Assembly: GCA_041690595.1 (NCBI GenBank)
Contig: JAWLHB010000015.1
Span: 1-64,000 of the forward strand
Direction: 5' to 3'
Length of the DNA: 64,000 nucleotides
From: Lentisphaeria bacterium
GTDB taxonomy: Bacteria > Verrucomicrobiota > Lentisphaeria > JABSQK01 > JAWLHB01
Positions within the stretch are counted from its first letter, which is position 1. Each line of letters opens with the position of its first letter. Of this stretch, positions 19,689 through 29,706 are shown piece by piece. Under the pieces are notes generated by a model that was not told the DNA's origin, ran no database searches, and saw only the letters and a list, made by a program, of their open reading frames with translations. The position numbers and the translations under genes are program-made.

Positions 19689-20951
19689 TCACCACCGTCG
19701 CATCGGCAACCTGTCCGTCCGCTCGATGGTGAGCAGGCGATTGTATTTGGCGAGGCGTTCGGACTGCGCCAGCGAGCCGGCTTTGAAATGGTGCGCACTC
19801 CAGGCGATCGCCAGATCGGCCGACCAGTTATCCTCCGTTTCGCCGCTGCGCACACCGATGCCGATGTCCCACCCGGCATTGCGTGCCAGCCTCAGCGCGT
19901 CCGCCCCTTCGGTCAGCGTCCCTACCTGGTTGAGCTTCAGCAGAAGCGAATTGCAGGCTCGGGCTTCAACCGCCCGTCCGATCCGCTCCGTCTGCGTGCA
20001 GAGAAAATCATCCCCCAGGATGAAGACGCGTTCGCCAAGTGCCTGGTGCAGCGCCGTCCACCCATCCCAGTCTTCCTCATGCAGCGCATCCTCGATGAGC
20101 AGTATCGGAAAGGTATCTACCCAGATGCGCATGTGCTCGATGACCTCCGCGGTCGAATACGCTGCTCCGTCAAGGTAATACATGCCGTCGCGATAATACT
20201 GCGAGGAGGCAAAGTCGATCGCCAGGCCGACATCGGTGCCGGGATCGAGACCCGCGGCGACAATGGACTCGACCGCCGCATCCAGCATGTGCCCGACCGA
20301 CTCGAAAGGCGGCGCCAGCCCTCCTTCCGCCGCGGTCAGCAGCCGCATCCCGTAGCGCTTCCAGACCAGCTCCGTCGCGGCATGATAGACATTGTGGCAC
20401 ATGGCCAGCGACGCGTCCATCGTGAGGGTCGACAACGGAACCATCAGCAGATCCTGCACCGCGATCTGTTTGCCCGCGTGCATGCCGCCGCTGAACAGGT
20501 TGATTGTCAAGGCAGGCAGCGAGGTGGGCGTATCCCCGATCAAGCCCGCACAATACTGATAGAGCGCTTTCCCCTGCTCCATGGCCGCGGCCCGTGCGTA
20601 CGCCAGCGAAACCGCCAGAATTGCATTGGCACCCAGGCGGGACTTCTTCGGCGTACCGTCCAGTTGTATAAGGGCTGCGTCCAGTTCCGCCTGGCTTGAC
20701 CAGGTACGCCCTCTGAGTGCCTCGTTCATCTCCCCTTCGATCGCCGCCACCGCGCGATGGCAACCCATTCCATGGTAGCGCCGCGGATCGCCATCGCGCA
20801 ATTCCAGGGCTTCGGCAGTGCCCGTCGACACGCCCGAAGGGACGGCGGCAACCCCGGCCGCCCCATTGTCGAATATGCAGTTGGCGCGAACGGTCGGCAA
20901 ACCACGGCTGTCGAGTATCTCCATGGCGCTGAGTCGGTCAATGATAGGCAT
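19689..20951 (-). CDS. eno: Enolase-family protein (divergent phosphopyruvate hydratase paralog)
   Basis: EILDSRG.PTV, VPSGVSTG, ELRDG, LGANAIL, EGG, IED, GDD, LLKLNQ, RSGETED and ERLAKYN are present. Several active-site positions are substituted. Confidence 0.85.
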   Translation of the reverse strand: MPIIDRLSAMEILDSRGLPTVRANCIFDNGAAGVAAVPSGVSTGTAEALELRDGDPRRYHGMGCHRAVAAIEGEMNEALRGRTWSSQAELDAALIQLDGTPKKSRLGANAILAVSLAYARAAAMEQGKALYQYCAGLIGDTPTSLPALTINLFSGGMHAGKQIAVQDLLMVPLSTLTMDASLAMCHNVYHAATELVWKRYGMRLLTAAEGGLAPPFESVGHMLDAAVESIVAAGLDPGTDVGLAIDFASSQYYRDGMYYLDGAAYSTAEVIEHMRIWVDTFPILLIEDALHEEDWDGWTALHQALGERVFILGDDFLCTQTERIGRAVEARACNSLLLKLNQVGTLTEGADALRLARNAGWDIGIGVRSGETEDNWSADLAIAWSAHHFKAGSLAQSERLAKYNRLLTIERTDRLPMRRW

Positions 20952-21186
20952 GCGCGGACGAACCTCCAGGTGTTTATGGTGTCACAATACTATAGAGTCG
21001 GGTTTGGGTGCGCGGGGAGCGAACCGCAAAACATCGTGTCGGCGGGCGTATTTACTCTATGAAAACTGCCGCTGCCGCACCTGCTGGTGGCAACTTCCAG
21101 ATTTGGAATGTATAGTGAACTGCGCCCGCGGCATAATCGTGGTCAGCCTGTTGGGGGCAATACCACGCGAACTGAGGAGACTAGAC

Positions 21187-21417
21187 GTGATCAATTACTG
21201 GACGATTGGAACAGGGACTCTGCTTGGCGGACTTCTTGGACATACGCAGCTTTTCTGCGGAAACGGGACTTACCCGCTGACTGGTTCCATTCTCGGCGGG
21301 GCACTGCTTGGCAGCGTCCTCGGATATCTGTTCGGCTCTGTGGCGGAAACGCCTCAGCCGCAGCCACAACGCATACCCGTTCGATGCAACTACCGGCAGA
21401 ATCTGCCGCGAGGATAG
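21187..21417 (+). CDS. Small membrane protein (DUF6132-like pattern)
   Basis: GAGGAG RBS 7 nt before GTG 21187. 76 aa with two Gly-rich TM segments around CGNGTYPLT. Followed by an intrinsic terminator. Confidence 0.65.
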   Translation: MINYWTIGTGTLLGGLLGHTQLFCGNGTYPLTGSILGGALLGSVLGYLFGSVAETPQPQPQRIPVRCNYRQNLPRG

Positions 21418-21437
21418 TCTTCTGCCATCAGGCACTC

Positions 21438-21465
21438 AGCCGCCGGTTCGCCGGCGGCTTTTTTT
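21438..21465 (+). terminator. Rho-independent terminator
   Basis: AGCCGCCGG-TTCG-CCGGCGGCT followed by a T-run. Confidence 0.9.
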
Positions 21466-21502
21466 GTGCATTGATCCCAACATGCATCCCTGCGAAGAAC
21501 GA

Positions 21503-22399
21503 TCATGTCTTCAAGCGCAACTGATCCCGGTAGCGGCGAGGACTTGCCAAGTGAGCGTGCTGGAAGAGGCGCGAGAAGTAGAGCGGATCGCGGTAGCCGA
21601 CCAGGAGGGCAACTTCGTTCACGCGAAGATCGGTGTGCGCCAGGAGTTCGCGGGCATGCTGCAGACGCAAGTGCTGCAGGTAGTGCATCGGCGGCACCCC
21701 CACTTCTTCTCGGAAAATACGCCCGAGGTGATTTGGGCTCAGGCAGACCGCCCTTGCCAACTCCGGCAAGCCAAGCTCCGGGCGATGGTACTGCATGCGC
21801 ATGGCCTGGATCACCTGCCGAACCGCCCCTGAACCTGGGCGGGCGTCTCTGTCGGGGTTCCGCGTGACATCCGTCCACAAGCGGCCCAGGAGATCCAGAG
21901 CCGACGCCTTGAGCAGGCACGCTGCTCCCGGTCTTCCCGCGGCATGGTCAGGGTGGTAGAGCGGCTCGGGAGCCAGATATCCATGCGAGCCCTGCCCAAG
22001 ACGATAGAGAACGCGGGTCAAGCGTTCGAAGGAAGCGACCAGGTCGGGCTGCTCGGCAATGTCCAGCACTATCGGCCCGGTGTCGGCGGCCAAAGCGAGG
22101 ATATCCGGGCGGTCCCGCAGATCGTAGAAGAGGCACCAGCCTGTCATCGACTCATGGGCGCCGGAGTAATTGCCCTCGGATACGCTGTGGATGGTGGTCT
22201 GTCCAGCCTGGAGCGGATGCGGCCGGTCGCCGATACGAAGGTCAGGGCAAGCGCCCGATTCGATGAAGCAGATCTCCAAATGAGGAGCCGGAGGATTATG
22301 AAAGCGATAGCCCGCCTGCCCGATGAATGGCACCGGCGGCACGCCCTCGCGCTCGATGGAGCGGACCAGTTCCCGAATCAGAAAGCAGGAATCATCCAT
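21503..22399 (-). CDS. AraC-family transcriptional regulator
   Basis: C-terminal LARAVCLSPNHLGRIF...RLQHARELL...VGYRDPLYFSRLF...SPRRYR. Cupin-like N-terminus. Confidence 0.93.
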   Translation of the reverse strand: MDDSCFLIRELVRSIEREGVPPVPFIGQAGYRFHNPPAPHLEICFIESGACPDLRIGDRPHPLQAGQTTIHSVSEGNYSGAHESMTGWCLFYDLRDRPDILALAADTGPIVLDIAEQPDLVASFERLTRVLYRLGQGSHGYLAPEPLYHPDHAAGRPGAACLLKASALDLLGRLWTDVTRNPDRDARPGSGAVRQVIQAMRMQYHRPELGLPELARAVCLSPNHLGRIFREEVGVPPMHYLQHLRLQHARELLAHTDLRVNEVALLVGYRDPLYFSRLFQHAHLASPRRYRDQLRLKT

Positions 22400-22425
22400 A
22401 GTATTGCAGGAACTCTATATGTCTC

Positions 22426-22478
22426 TTTCCGTGACTATTCGCTACCTGGCGGCTACGTTTGAACTGGTATCACGGAAA
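22426..22478. promoter_or_regulatory. Inverted-repeat pair in the divergent araC/oxidoreductase intergenic region
   Basis: TTTCCGTGA (22426-22434) and TCACGGAAA (22470-22478), 35 bp apart. Confidence 0.4.
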
Positions 22479-22513
22479 TAGGCTTGTTGGTGAGACCATG
22501 AAATATCTATACC

Positions 22514-23599
22514 ATGGAGCGGGTTATGCCGGAGATCAAGCGGATTGGAATCCTGGGGGGAGGGGGCATTCTGGGCGCGCATGCGCCGGGATTCAGGGAG
22601 CATGTGCAGTTGGGACGCGTGGTTGCCGTGGCGGAGCCTGTGACGGAGAAGCACGCGCGGATTCGGCAGCTCCTCGGCAATGACGACCTGCCTGTCTATC
22701 CGGACTACCAGACCCTGCTGGCGGAGACGGAGGTGGATGCGGTGGATATTCTCCTCCCCCACCATCTCCATGCCCCGGCGACCTTGGCCGCGGCGGCCGC
22801 GGGCAAGCATGTGCTGGTGGAGAAGGTGATGGCCCGCAACGTGGCCGAGTGTGACCGGATGATTGCAGCCTGCCGGGACGCGGGCGTCTCCCTCACCGTC
22901 GCCCACGACCGGCGTTATGACGCGAAGTGGATCGCGCTCAAACAGGTGGTGGACTCCGGGCTGCTGGGCAAGATCCACTACTGGAAGCTCGACCACAATC
23001 AGGACGTGGAGCCGGCCCGCTACGGCATTGGCTGGGCAAACTCGAAGGAGCTGCTCGGTGGCGGGGCCATCATGAGCTGCCTGACCCACCAGATTGACGC
23101 CTTGCGCTGGTATGGCGGCGAGCTGAAGACGGTGGCGTGCGTCACTCAAACGTTGCCCGAACGAATGGAGGGCGAGAGCTGTGGCGCCATCATCGGGCGG
23201 ATGGCGTCGGGTGCCATGTTCCAACTCACCATCAACTGGACGACCCGCGGCAATGCACAGCCCAATGGCCTCTACTACGAGATGGTCCATGTCTGCGGCG
23301 ATCGCGGCGAGGCATTCTACATGGACAACCGCGGCACCTGGATGCTCACTCATGACGGTTCCGATCCTTCGTCCACGGTGCCATGTGAGCCGCGTCCCGA
23401 CGACAAAGGCTTCTGGCAGGTGAAGGAGATGCCGGGCGGCAGAGGCCACCGGAAGATCATTGGTGAGTGGCTGCACCTGTTGCGCGGCGAAGCGCACACC
23501 ATCACCACCACGGGTGAAGACTCCCGGCTCACGGTGGCGGTTGCCGAGGCCGCCTACGAATCGGTTGCAACCAGTCGCATGGTCGACGTGCAGGTATAG
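22514..23599 (+). CDS. Gfo/Idh/MocA family oxidoreductase
   Basis: GILGGGGI Rossmann motif, PHHLH, GKHVLVEK and GGGAIMSCLTHQID. Start is 22514 or 22526. Confidence 0.92.
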   Translation: MERVMPEIKRIGILGGGGILGAHAPGFREHVQLGRVVAVAEPVTEKHARIRQLLGNDDLPVYPDYQTLLAETEVDAVDILLPHHLHAPATLAAAAAGKHVLVEKVMARNVAECDRMIAACRDAGVSLTVAHDRRYDAKWIALKQVVDSGLLGKIHYWKLDHNQDVEPARYGIGWANSKELLGGGAIMSCLTHQIDALRWYGGELKTVACVTQTLPERMEGESCGAIIGRMASGAMFQLTINWTTRGNAQPNGLYYEMVHVCGDRGEAFYMDNRGTWMLTHDGSDPSSTVPCEPRPDDKGFWQVKEMPGGRGHRKIIGEWLHLLRGEAHTITTTGEDSRLTVAVAEAAYESVATSRMVDVQV

Positions 23600-23608
23600 A
23601 GGTGTAGC

Positions 23609-24580
23609 ATGAAGGTTGGCATAGACGGTTTCTCACTGCACCCACTGGCGTTGGATGCGTTCGGGCAGCTGAAATGGGTGGCCGAGCATAGTTTCGACGG
23701 CATTCAGTTCGGCGTACTGGACGACGATGCTGGCAGGAATCGTGAGGTGCGCGCGGAAGCAGATCGGTTGGGGCTCTATTCCCATGTGTCGGTATCGTCG
23801 CCCAACCGGCATCTGGGCGATGGCGATGCAGCGGCGCGTGTCGAGCGGATCAGCCGGCAAGTCGAGCAGGCGGCGGCTTGCGGCTGGCACGAGCTTCACA
23901 CAACGCTCGGCGGGCCCGACACCCGGTATGCGCACGAGGTGCCCTGGCCGCGGCAGCTGGCCGATGCCTTTACGCTGGTGAATGACCTGGCGCCGGTGCT
24001 CCGCAACTACGGCAGTCGCCTCAATTTCGAGACCCACGGCGAGATCACCACCTTCGAGATCGTGCGGCTCATCGAGCAGACCGGACCGGATATCGCCGGC
24101 TGCTGCCTCGACACCGCCAACGTTCTGGTCTTCGCCGAGGATCCGGTCGCGGCGGCGCGCCGGGTAGCCCCCTACACCCACCTCACCCACAGCAAGGACG
24201 GCATTGTCTATTTCTGCGAGACGGGGATCGAGCGCCAGGGGCGTCCTCCAGGTGAAGGCGTGGTCGACTGGCGTACCATTCTGCCGATTCTCGCCGAGCA
24301 CGCGCCAGATCTGCCCCTTTCGATCGAGGACCACAAGTGGCAGTTCCGTGTCGACATCTTCACCCCTGTCTGGCATGCGGCCAACCCCGACCTCTCCCGT
24401 GAGGAACTCTGTCGTTTCGTGGAGATCGCCTGGGGCGTACAGCAAAGGATCGATCGCGGTGAGCTGCCGCGGCCGGTCGCGTACGAGGCAGTTCCCTACG
24501 CGGACGAGATGGAGGCCCGCCTGCTGCGCGGCCAAGCGCACCTGAAGGGGCTGCTGGCAGACCTGGGCTTGCGATCGTGA
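23609..24580 (+). CDS. Sugar-phosphate isomerase/epimerase (xylose-isomerase-like TIM barrel)
   Basis: Metal-binding motifs FETHGE, CLDTAN, HSKD, GEGVVDW and SIED. Confidence 0.88.
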   Translation: MKVGIDGFSLHPLALDAFGQLKWVAEHSFDGIQFGVLDDDAGRNREVRAEADRLGLYSHVSVSSPNRHLGDGDAAARVERISRQVEQAAACGWHELHTTLGGPDTRYAHEVPWPRQLADAFTLVNDLAPVLRNYGSRLNFETHGEITTFEIVRLIEQTGPDIAGCCLDTANVLVFAEDPVAAARRVAPYTHLTHSKDGIVYFCETGIERQGRPPGEGVVDWRTILPILAEHAPDLPLSIEDHKWQFRVDIFTPVWHAANPDLSREELCRFVEIAWGVQQRIDRGELPRPVAYEAVPYADEMEARLLRGQAHLKGLLADLGLRS

Positions 24581-24610
24581 TCGTATCGGTGCCGAAGATC
24601 GGCGGGGCGG

Positions 24611-27600
24611 TCAGGAACCGTCGAGCACCGCACGCACCTTGTTGGCCAACTCCGCATGGGTGAAGGGCTTGCTGATGAACTGGACGCCCTGATCCAGAAC
24701 CCCGCGATGCGCGATGGTGTTGGCGGTGTAGCCGGACATGTAGAGAACTTTCAGGCGCGGGCGAGTTGGGATAAGGCGCTGGGCCAGGTCGCGCCCGCTC
24801 ATGCCGGGCATGACAACGTCGGTGAGCAGCAGGTGGATCGGCTCCGGGTGAGCCGCAACCAACTCGAGGGCGGAAGCCGGGCAGTCGGCTTCAAGCACGC
24901 GATAGCCGAGATCCTCCAGGAAAGCCCGCGCGATGTCACGCACCCCCTGCTCGTCCTCGACCAGCAGCACGGTTTCGCACCCGCCCGGGCAGGGCGGAGG
25001 TTTCTCGCGCTCGAAGTCGCCCGCCTCCTCGACAGTGAGTCGGGGCAGGTAGATGCGGAAGGTCGTGCCGTCTCCCGGCTCGCTATAGACATTGACGAAG
25101 CCCTCGTTCTGCCTGATGACGCCGTAGACCGTGGCCAGCCCCAGGCCCGTTCCCTCGCCGGCGGGCTTGGTGGTGAAGAAGGGCTCAAAGACTTGAGCCA
25201 GGGTTTCGCGATCCATGCCGTGCCCGTCGTCGCTGACCGCCAGGACCACGTGCTGGCCTGGCCTGGCATCGGCGTGGCGCTGGCAGTAGGCTTCGTCAAC
25301 CTCCGCGTTCTCGGTCTCGATGGTGACCTTGCCGACGCCGGCGATGGCGTCGCGGGCGTTGACGCAGAGGTTGGCGAGAATCTGGTTGAGCTGGCTGGGG
25401 TCCATCTTGATCGGCCACAGGTTGGCGCCCGGTTGCCAGATCAGGTCGATGTCTTCGCCGATCAGCCGCCGGAGCATCTTGAGCAGGTCCCCGACTGCAT
25501 CGTTGAGGTTCAGAGGGACGGGGGCAATGGTTTCCTTGCGGGCGAAGGCCAGCAGCTGCTGAGTGAGGTTGGCGGAGCGTTCCGCGGCCTGCTCGATATC
25601 GGCCACCCTCTTGAGATTCGGGTCACCAGCCGGCAATTTCATCGCCAGAATCTGCGCCTGACCAAGGATGATGGTGAGCATGTTGTTGAAGTCATGCGCC
25701 ACCCCGCCCGCCAGGCGACCGATGGACTCCATCTTCTGGGCCTGATGTAACTGGGCCTCCAGAGCGAGCCGTCCCGTGATGTCTCTGATGATCCCCACGA
25801 CACAGCGCCGACCATCCAGCTCGAAAGGGGCTGAATTGACATCGACGCGGAGTACGCTGCCGTTCTGCCGCCGTAGCTCCACCCCCGCGGTCAACCTTAT
25901 CTCGTTGCGTGACTGGGGATCGAGTTGCGACAGCGCGTCGTCGCGGCTCTCCACCGCGGCGATGTCCGCAAAGGTGAGAGTGGCGATCTCTGCCGACGAG
26001 TAGCCGAGCATGTCGCGAATCGCCCGGTTGGACATGATGAAACGGCCTGTTTCCGCATCGGCAAGGAGAATGCCGTCTCCCGCGGATTCGAAGACGGCGC
26101 GCATCGTCTCTTCGGAACGTTGGAGCGCCTCACGGGTCTCGATGGCGTCCCAGACGGAGCCCGCCATGTTGCCCAGGGCCATGAGCAGCGACTTCTCGGT
26201 CTCGCTTGGACAATGCTCTTCCTTCCAGTAGGCGCCGATGGTCCCGACCGGATTCGCCGCCCGGATCGGCGCGATCGCCAGCCCCTTGACGAAGGTGGGG
26301 CGGTAATCGTCGTGAGGGACCCGCGAATCGGCGTAAATGTTCTCGATGGCGACGGCCTCGCCGTGCAGCATGGACCATCCGGATATGCAGTTGCCTATCG
26401 GGAACCGCTTGCCCTTCCACAAGGGCTCGATGGCATCCTCGTCCACGTAATGGCAATGGTCGCCATCTCGCAGCACGATGGTCACGCCGTCCGCCCCGCT
26501 CAAGGCACGTGCCGTCTGCCGGATCACGGCGATAACGTTGTCGCGGTCTGGGGCCACGGTCAAGGACCGCGCCACGTCGAGAAGTTGCAGCAAGACGGCA
26601 TTGGCGCGTTCCCGCTCGGCTTCGGCGTGCTGCCGCTGTTGCTCCAACTCGATGGAGAACAAGGCGTAGCCGATGTCCCCGGCCAGCTCATCGAAAAGCG
26701 ATCTTTCATCAGGGTCGTCGGCCACCGCGGCTGGCAGGGCCACCACCAGGAAGCCGTACTCGCGGTCCCCGTGGCGGAGTGGGCCCGCTAACGCGGAGGT
26801 ATTCTGGTAGTTGTTCGACAAGGGACAATCCACGCAGGATGTGACGGGACTGTGCATGACAACGGAGCCTTGCCGCGAGGCGACAACCTGGCAGCACACG
26901 GGCGTTTCGCTGCTCTCGAGCTTAGCCATGATTGCGGGAAAGGCATCGCCGATCCCCGACTCGGCAACGGCGCGCAACGGCCCATGGCCACCCGTCCCAC
27001 CCGTTTCGTCACGGTTCCGATACAAGGCGATCCAGGCTGAGCGGTAACCGCGCGTCTCGGTCAGGATGGAGCAGGCCTGCCGCAGGAGGGCGTCGCACTC
27101 TTTCTCGTGCGTAATGAGCTGGTTGACGTTGCGCACGGCTCTCAGGACCTGGAGGAGATGGGCGAGCCTTGCTTCGTGCCGCTTGCGCTCGGAGATGTCG
27201 CGCGTTACCCCTTGCACGGAAACTGGAACGCCATGCTCGTCGAAGATCACCCGACCGTGAATCTCGACGGCGATGGTGCTCCCGTCTCGTCGGAGCATCT
27301 CCGTATCGAAGATCACGCCCGGGCGGTCGGGACCCTTGGCCACTTCACTCTCGATCAGCGCCTTCATCTCCGCAAAGTGCGCCTCGTCGCAATGCTCCCA
27401 CAACCCGGTCCCGGTCCATTCTTCAGCCGTGAAGCCGAACATCGCCTCGATTGCCGGATTGATGTAGGCGAAACGCGCGTCCAAGGTCATGATCCAGATC
27501 ACGTCGAGCGTATTGTTCGCGAGGAGCCGATATTGTTCCTCGCTGCGTCGCACCGCTTCGACCGCCGCCTTCTGGTCGGTTATATCCTGAATGTCGCCGA

Positions 27601-29560
27601 CAACGCTGACGACACGGCCGTCCTCGATCACTGCCTGCCCGGAGGTTCGGACCCACAACTTGCGGCCATGAACAGTTGTGAAGCGGGTGTCCACCTCGTA
27701 GGGTATGCCTTTCTCAACGCAGGCACGGAACCCCTTCATGACCCGCTCGCGATCCGCCTCCGCATAGCAAGCGACGCTACGCTCGACATGTTCCGAGGCT
27801 CCGACTTCGATCTCGCCCGGAACGAGGTCGTGTATGCGGTAGGTTTCATCGGTCCAGAAGACTTGCTGGCGCGCCACATCGAACTCCCATCCGCCGACCT
27901 TGCTGATGCGTTGAGCCGCCTTCAGCAGACCCTCGCTACGCTCCAATCGCGCCGCGGTTTGCCGCACCTCCCGCGTACGCGCCGCGACCTGCCGCCGCAG
28001 GGACCAGGACCAGAGCAACGCCAACACGGCAACGAGCAGCAGTGGCCATCCGTAGAGGGTTACGTATTTCAGTACCTCGCTCCCTATGTATCGATCGTCG
28101 TAAACGCCCATCCACTTTTCGTGGATGCGCTTGTATTCACCGGAGTGAGCGATGACCGTCAGCCCTTCGCTCAGTTGCGCCAGCAAAGCCTGGTTGTCGT
28201 GCGGCACCGCAAAACAGTATTCGGGCGAAGCCAAAGGCGTGCGGCCGATGACGAGATTGTCCCACCCTTCGCGCTCGATCCAATAGTACGCGGTCATTCG
28301 TGCCACCAGCGCGCAGTCGTGTTTGCCGGCGGCCAGCTCGCGCAAGGCATCTTCCTGCGTTGCGACGACCGTGAGGCGGTCGGTGAGTCCGTGCTGGCGG
28401 CAGAATTCGTGCATGATATCGCCCTCTTGCACGACGATTCGTTTACCGAAGAGGTCGCCCACCGTCGACGGGGGCGGACTCTTTCCTTTGCCGGTGACGG
28501 CGACGCAGTGATTGACAATATGCGCCTGAGAGAAGTCGAAGGTCTTTTCGCGTTCGGAGGAGTAGAACATGCCCTGAACCGCATCGATCTCGCCACGTTC
28601 GAGCGCATGGATCATGTCGGGCCACGACCCCAGACGGATACGAATATCGAGCCCCATGGCGTCGGCCACGGCGCGCACCATATCCACATTATATCCCGCC
28701 GGTCGTCCTTTCTCGTCAAGGAACTCGAAGGGCGGGTAGTTATGGTCGCCGCCGATGACGATGGGGCGATGGGTGGGGAGTTCGAGGTGCGCGAACCACT
28801 GCGCGTACAGGCTTCGGTGGGTGCCGTCGGCGACGACCAGAGCCAGCCCCTCGTTGAGCAGCGCCAGCGTCTCCCGATCGCCTTCCTTGACCGCGAAGCA
28901 GAAATCCTGGGCGAACTCCAGGATGGGTTGGTCGACGATTCTGAGATTGTGCGAACCGTTTTCCGCAAGCAGCCGCATGGCAACCAGGCTCTGGACCACC
29001 ACGGCGTCGCAGCGACCCTCAGCGAGGGCCAGGAAAGCATCGGTAAAGGTGGTTGTGGTGACAATTTCGAACCCGCGCTCCTCGCGACGGAGGTACTCTT
29101 CGGCGTTGTCCCCCTTCATCACGCCGACTCGCCGCCCGCGCAGGTCGGTCAGACTACGTACATCCAGGGTGTCGTCGCGCACGACGATAGCCCCATGCAT
29201 GGTGAGATAGGGGACCGTGAAGTCGAACAGTTCCTCGCGTTCCGGAGTGCGGCCGACCAGCGGCAGAACATCGACCTCGCCGCGTTCCAGCCAGCCGCGC
29301 ACCTCCGTCCACGGGCCGGTGCGGAAGCTGACCTCGCGCCCCATCCTGGCCAAGGTTGCGCGCAACAACTCGACAGAGAATCCATCGGCGCGGCCGTCCT
29401 CGTGCACGATACAGAACGGCGGGTAATCCACTTCGCAGCCGGACCGCGTGATGGGCATCGGCTCCGGATCCGCGGCGTACACAGCGGGCGCCACAATGCC
29501 TGCGACCAACATGAGGAAGCCGGCCATGCAAAGCAATATATCATGCGGAATCCGAACCAT
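24611..29560 (-). CDS. Hybrid sensor histidine kinase (2x PBPb, TM, PAS-PAS, GAF-GAF, PAS, HisKA, HATPase, REC)
   Basis: Two (D/N)YPPF substrate-binding domains. H-box LAGGVAHDFNNML, NLCVNARDA, D.GHG, PFFTTK and GTGLGL. Receiver LLLTDVVMP...MSGY...KPF. Confidence 0.95.
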   Translation of the reverse strand: MVRIPHDILLCMAGFLMLVAGIVAPAVYAADPEPMPITRSGCEVDYPPFCIVHEDGRADGFSVELLRATLARMGREVSFRTGPWTEVRGWLERGEVDVLPLVGRTPEREELFDFTVPYLTMHGAIVVRDDTLDVRSLTDLRGRRVGVMKGDNAEEYLRREERGFEIVTTTTFTDAFLALAEGRCDAVVVQSLVAMRLLAENGSHNLRIVDQPILEFAQDFCFAVKEGDRETLALLNEGLALVVADGTHRSLYAQWFAHLELPTHRPIVIGGDHNYPPFEFLDEKGRPAGYNVDMVRAVADAMGLDIRIRLGSWPDMIHALERGEIDAVQGMFYSSEREKTFDFSQAHIVNHCVAVTGKGKSPPPSTVGDLFGKRIVVQEGDIMHEFCRQHGLTDRLTVVATQEDALRELAAGKHDCALVARMTAYYWIEREGWDNLVIGRTPLASPEYCFAVPHDNQALLAQLSEGLTVIAHSGEYKRIHEKWMGVYDDRYIGSEVLKYVTLYGWPLLLVAVLALLWSWSLRRQVAARTREVRQTAARLERSEGLLKAAQRISKVGGWEFDVARQQVFWTDETYRIHDLVPGEIEVGASEHVERSVACYAEADRERVMKGFRACVEKGIPYEVDTRFTTVHGRKLWVRTSGQAVIEDGRVVSVVGDIQDITDQKAAVEAVRRSEEQYRLLANNTLDVIWIMTLDARFAYINPAIEAMFGFTAEEWTGTGLWEHCDEAHFAEMKALIESEVAKGPDRPGVIFDTEMLRRDGSTIAVEIHGRVIFDEHGVPVSVQGVTRDISERKRHEARLAHLLQVLRAVRNVNQLITHEKECDALLRQACSILTETRGYRSAWIALYRNRDETGGTGGHGPLRAVAESGIGDAFPAIMAKLESSETPVCCQVVASRQGSVVMHSPVTSCVDCPLSNNYQNTSALAGPLRHGDREYGFLVVALPAAVADDPDERSLFDELAGDIGYALFSIELEQQRQHAEAERERANAVLLQLLDVARSLTVAPDRDNVIAVIRQTARALSGADGVTIVLRDGDHCHYVDEDAIEPLWKGKRFPIGNCISGWSMLHGEAVAIENIYADSRVPHDDYRPTFVKGLAIAPIRAANPVGTIGAYWKEEHCPSETEKSLLMALGNMAGSVWDAIETREALQRSEETMRAVFESAGDGILLADAETGRFIMSNRAIRDMLGYSSAEIATLTFADIAAVESRDDALSQLDPQSRNEIRLTAGVELRRQNGSVLRVDVNSAPFELDGRRCVVGIIRDITGRLALEAQLHQAQKMESIGRLAGGVAHDFNNMLTIILGQAQILAMKLPAGDPNLKRVADIEQAAERSANLTQQLLAFARKETIAPVPLNLNDAVGDLLKMLRRLIGEDIDLIWQPGANLWPIKMDPSQLNQILANLCVNARDAIAGVGKVTIETENAEVDEAYCQRHADARPGQHVVLAVSDDGHGMDRETLAQVFEPFFTTKPAGEGTGLGLATVYGVIRQNEGFVNVYSEPGDGTTFRIYLPRLTVEEAGDFEREKPPPCPGGCETVLLVEDEQGVRDIARAFLEDLGYRVLEADCPASALELVAAHPEPIHLLLTDVVMPGMSGRDLAQRLIPTRPRLKVLYMSGYTANTIAHRGVLDQGVQFISKPFTHAELANKVRAVLDGS

Positions 29561-29706
29561 GGAACTACCCTCTACAGCGCGTTCATCAATGCCATCAGGA
29601 GCTTGCCCAATATGCTGGAGCGCGCAACAATTACAAGCAGCGGGGGGGATCGCGCAGCTTCACCTGAGCGTGGGTAGATCGTCTCAGGTCACGATTCGCT
29701 GGCGCA

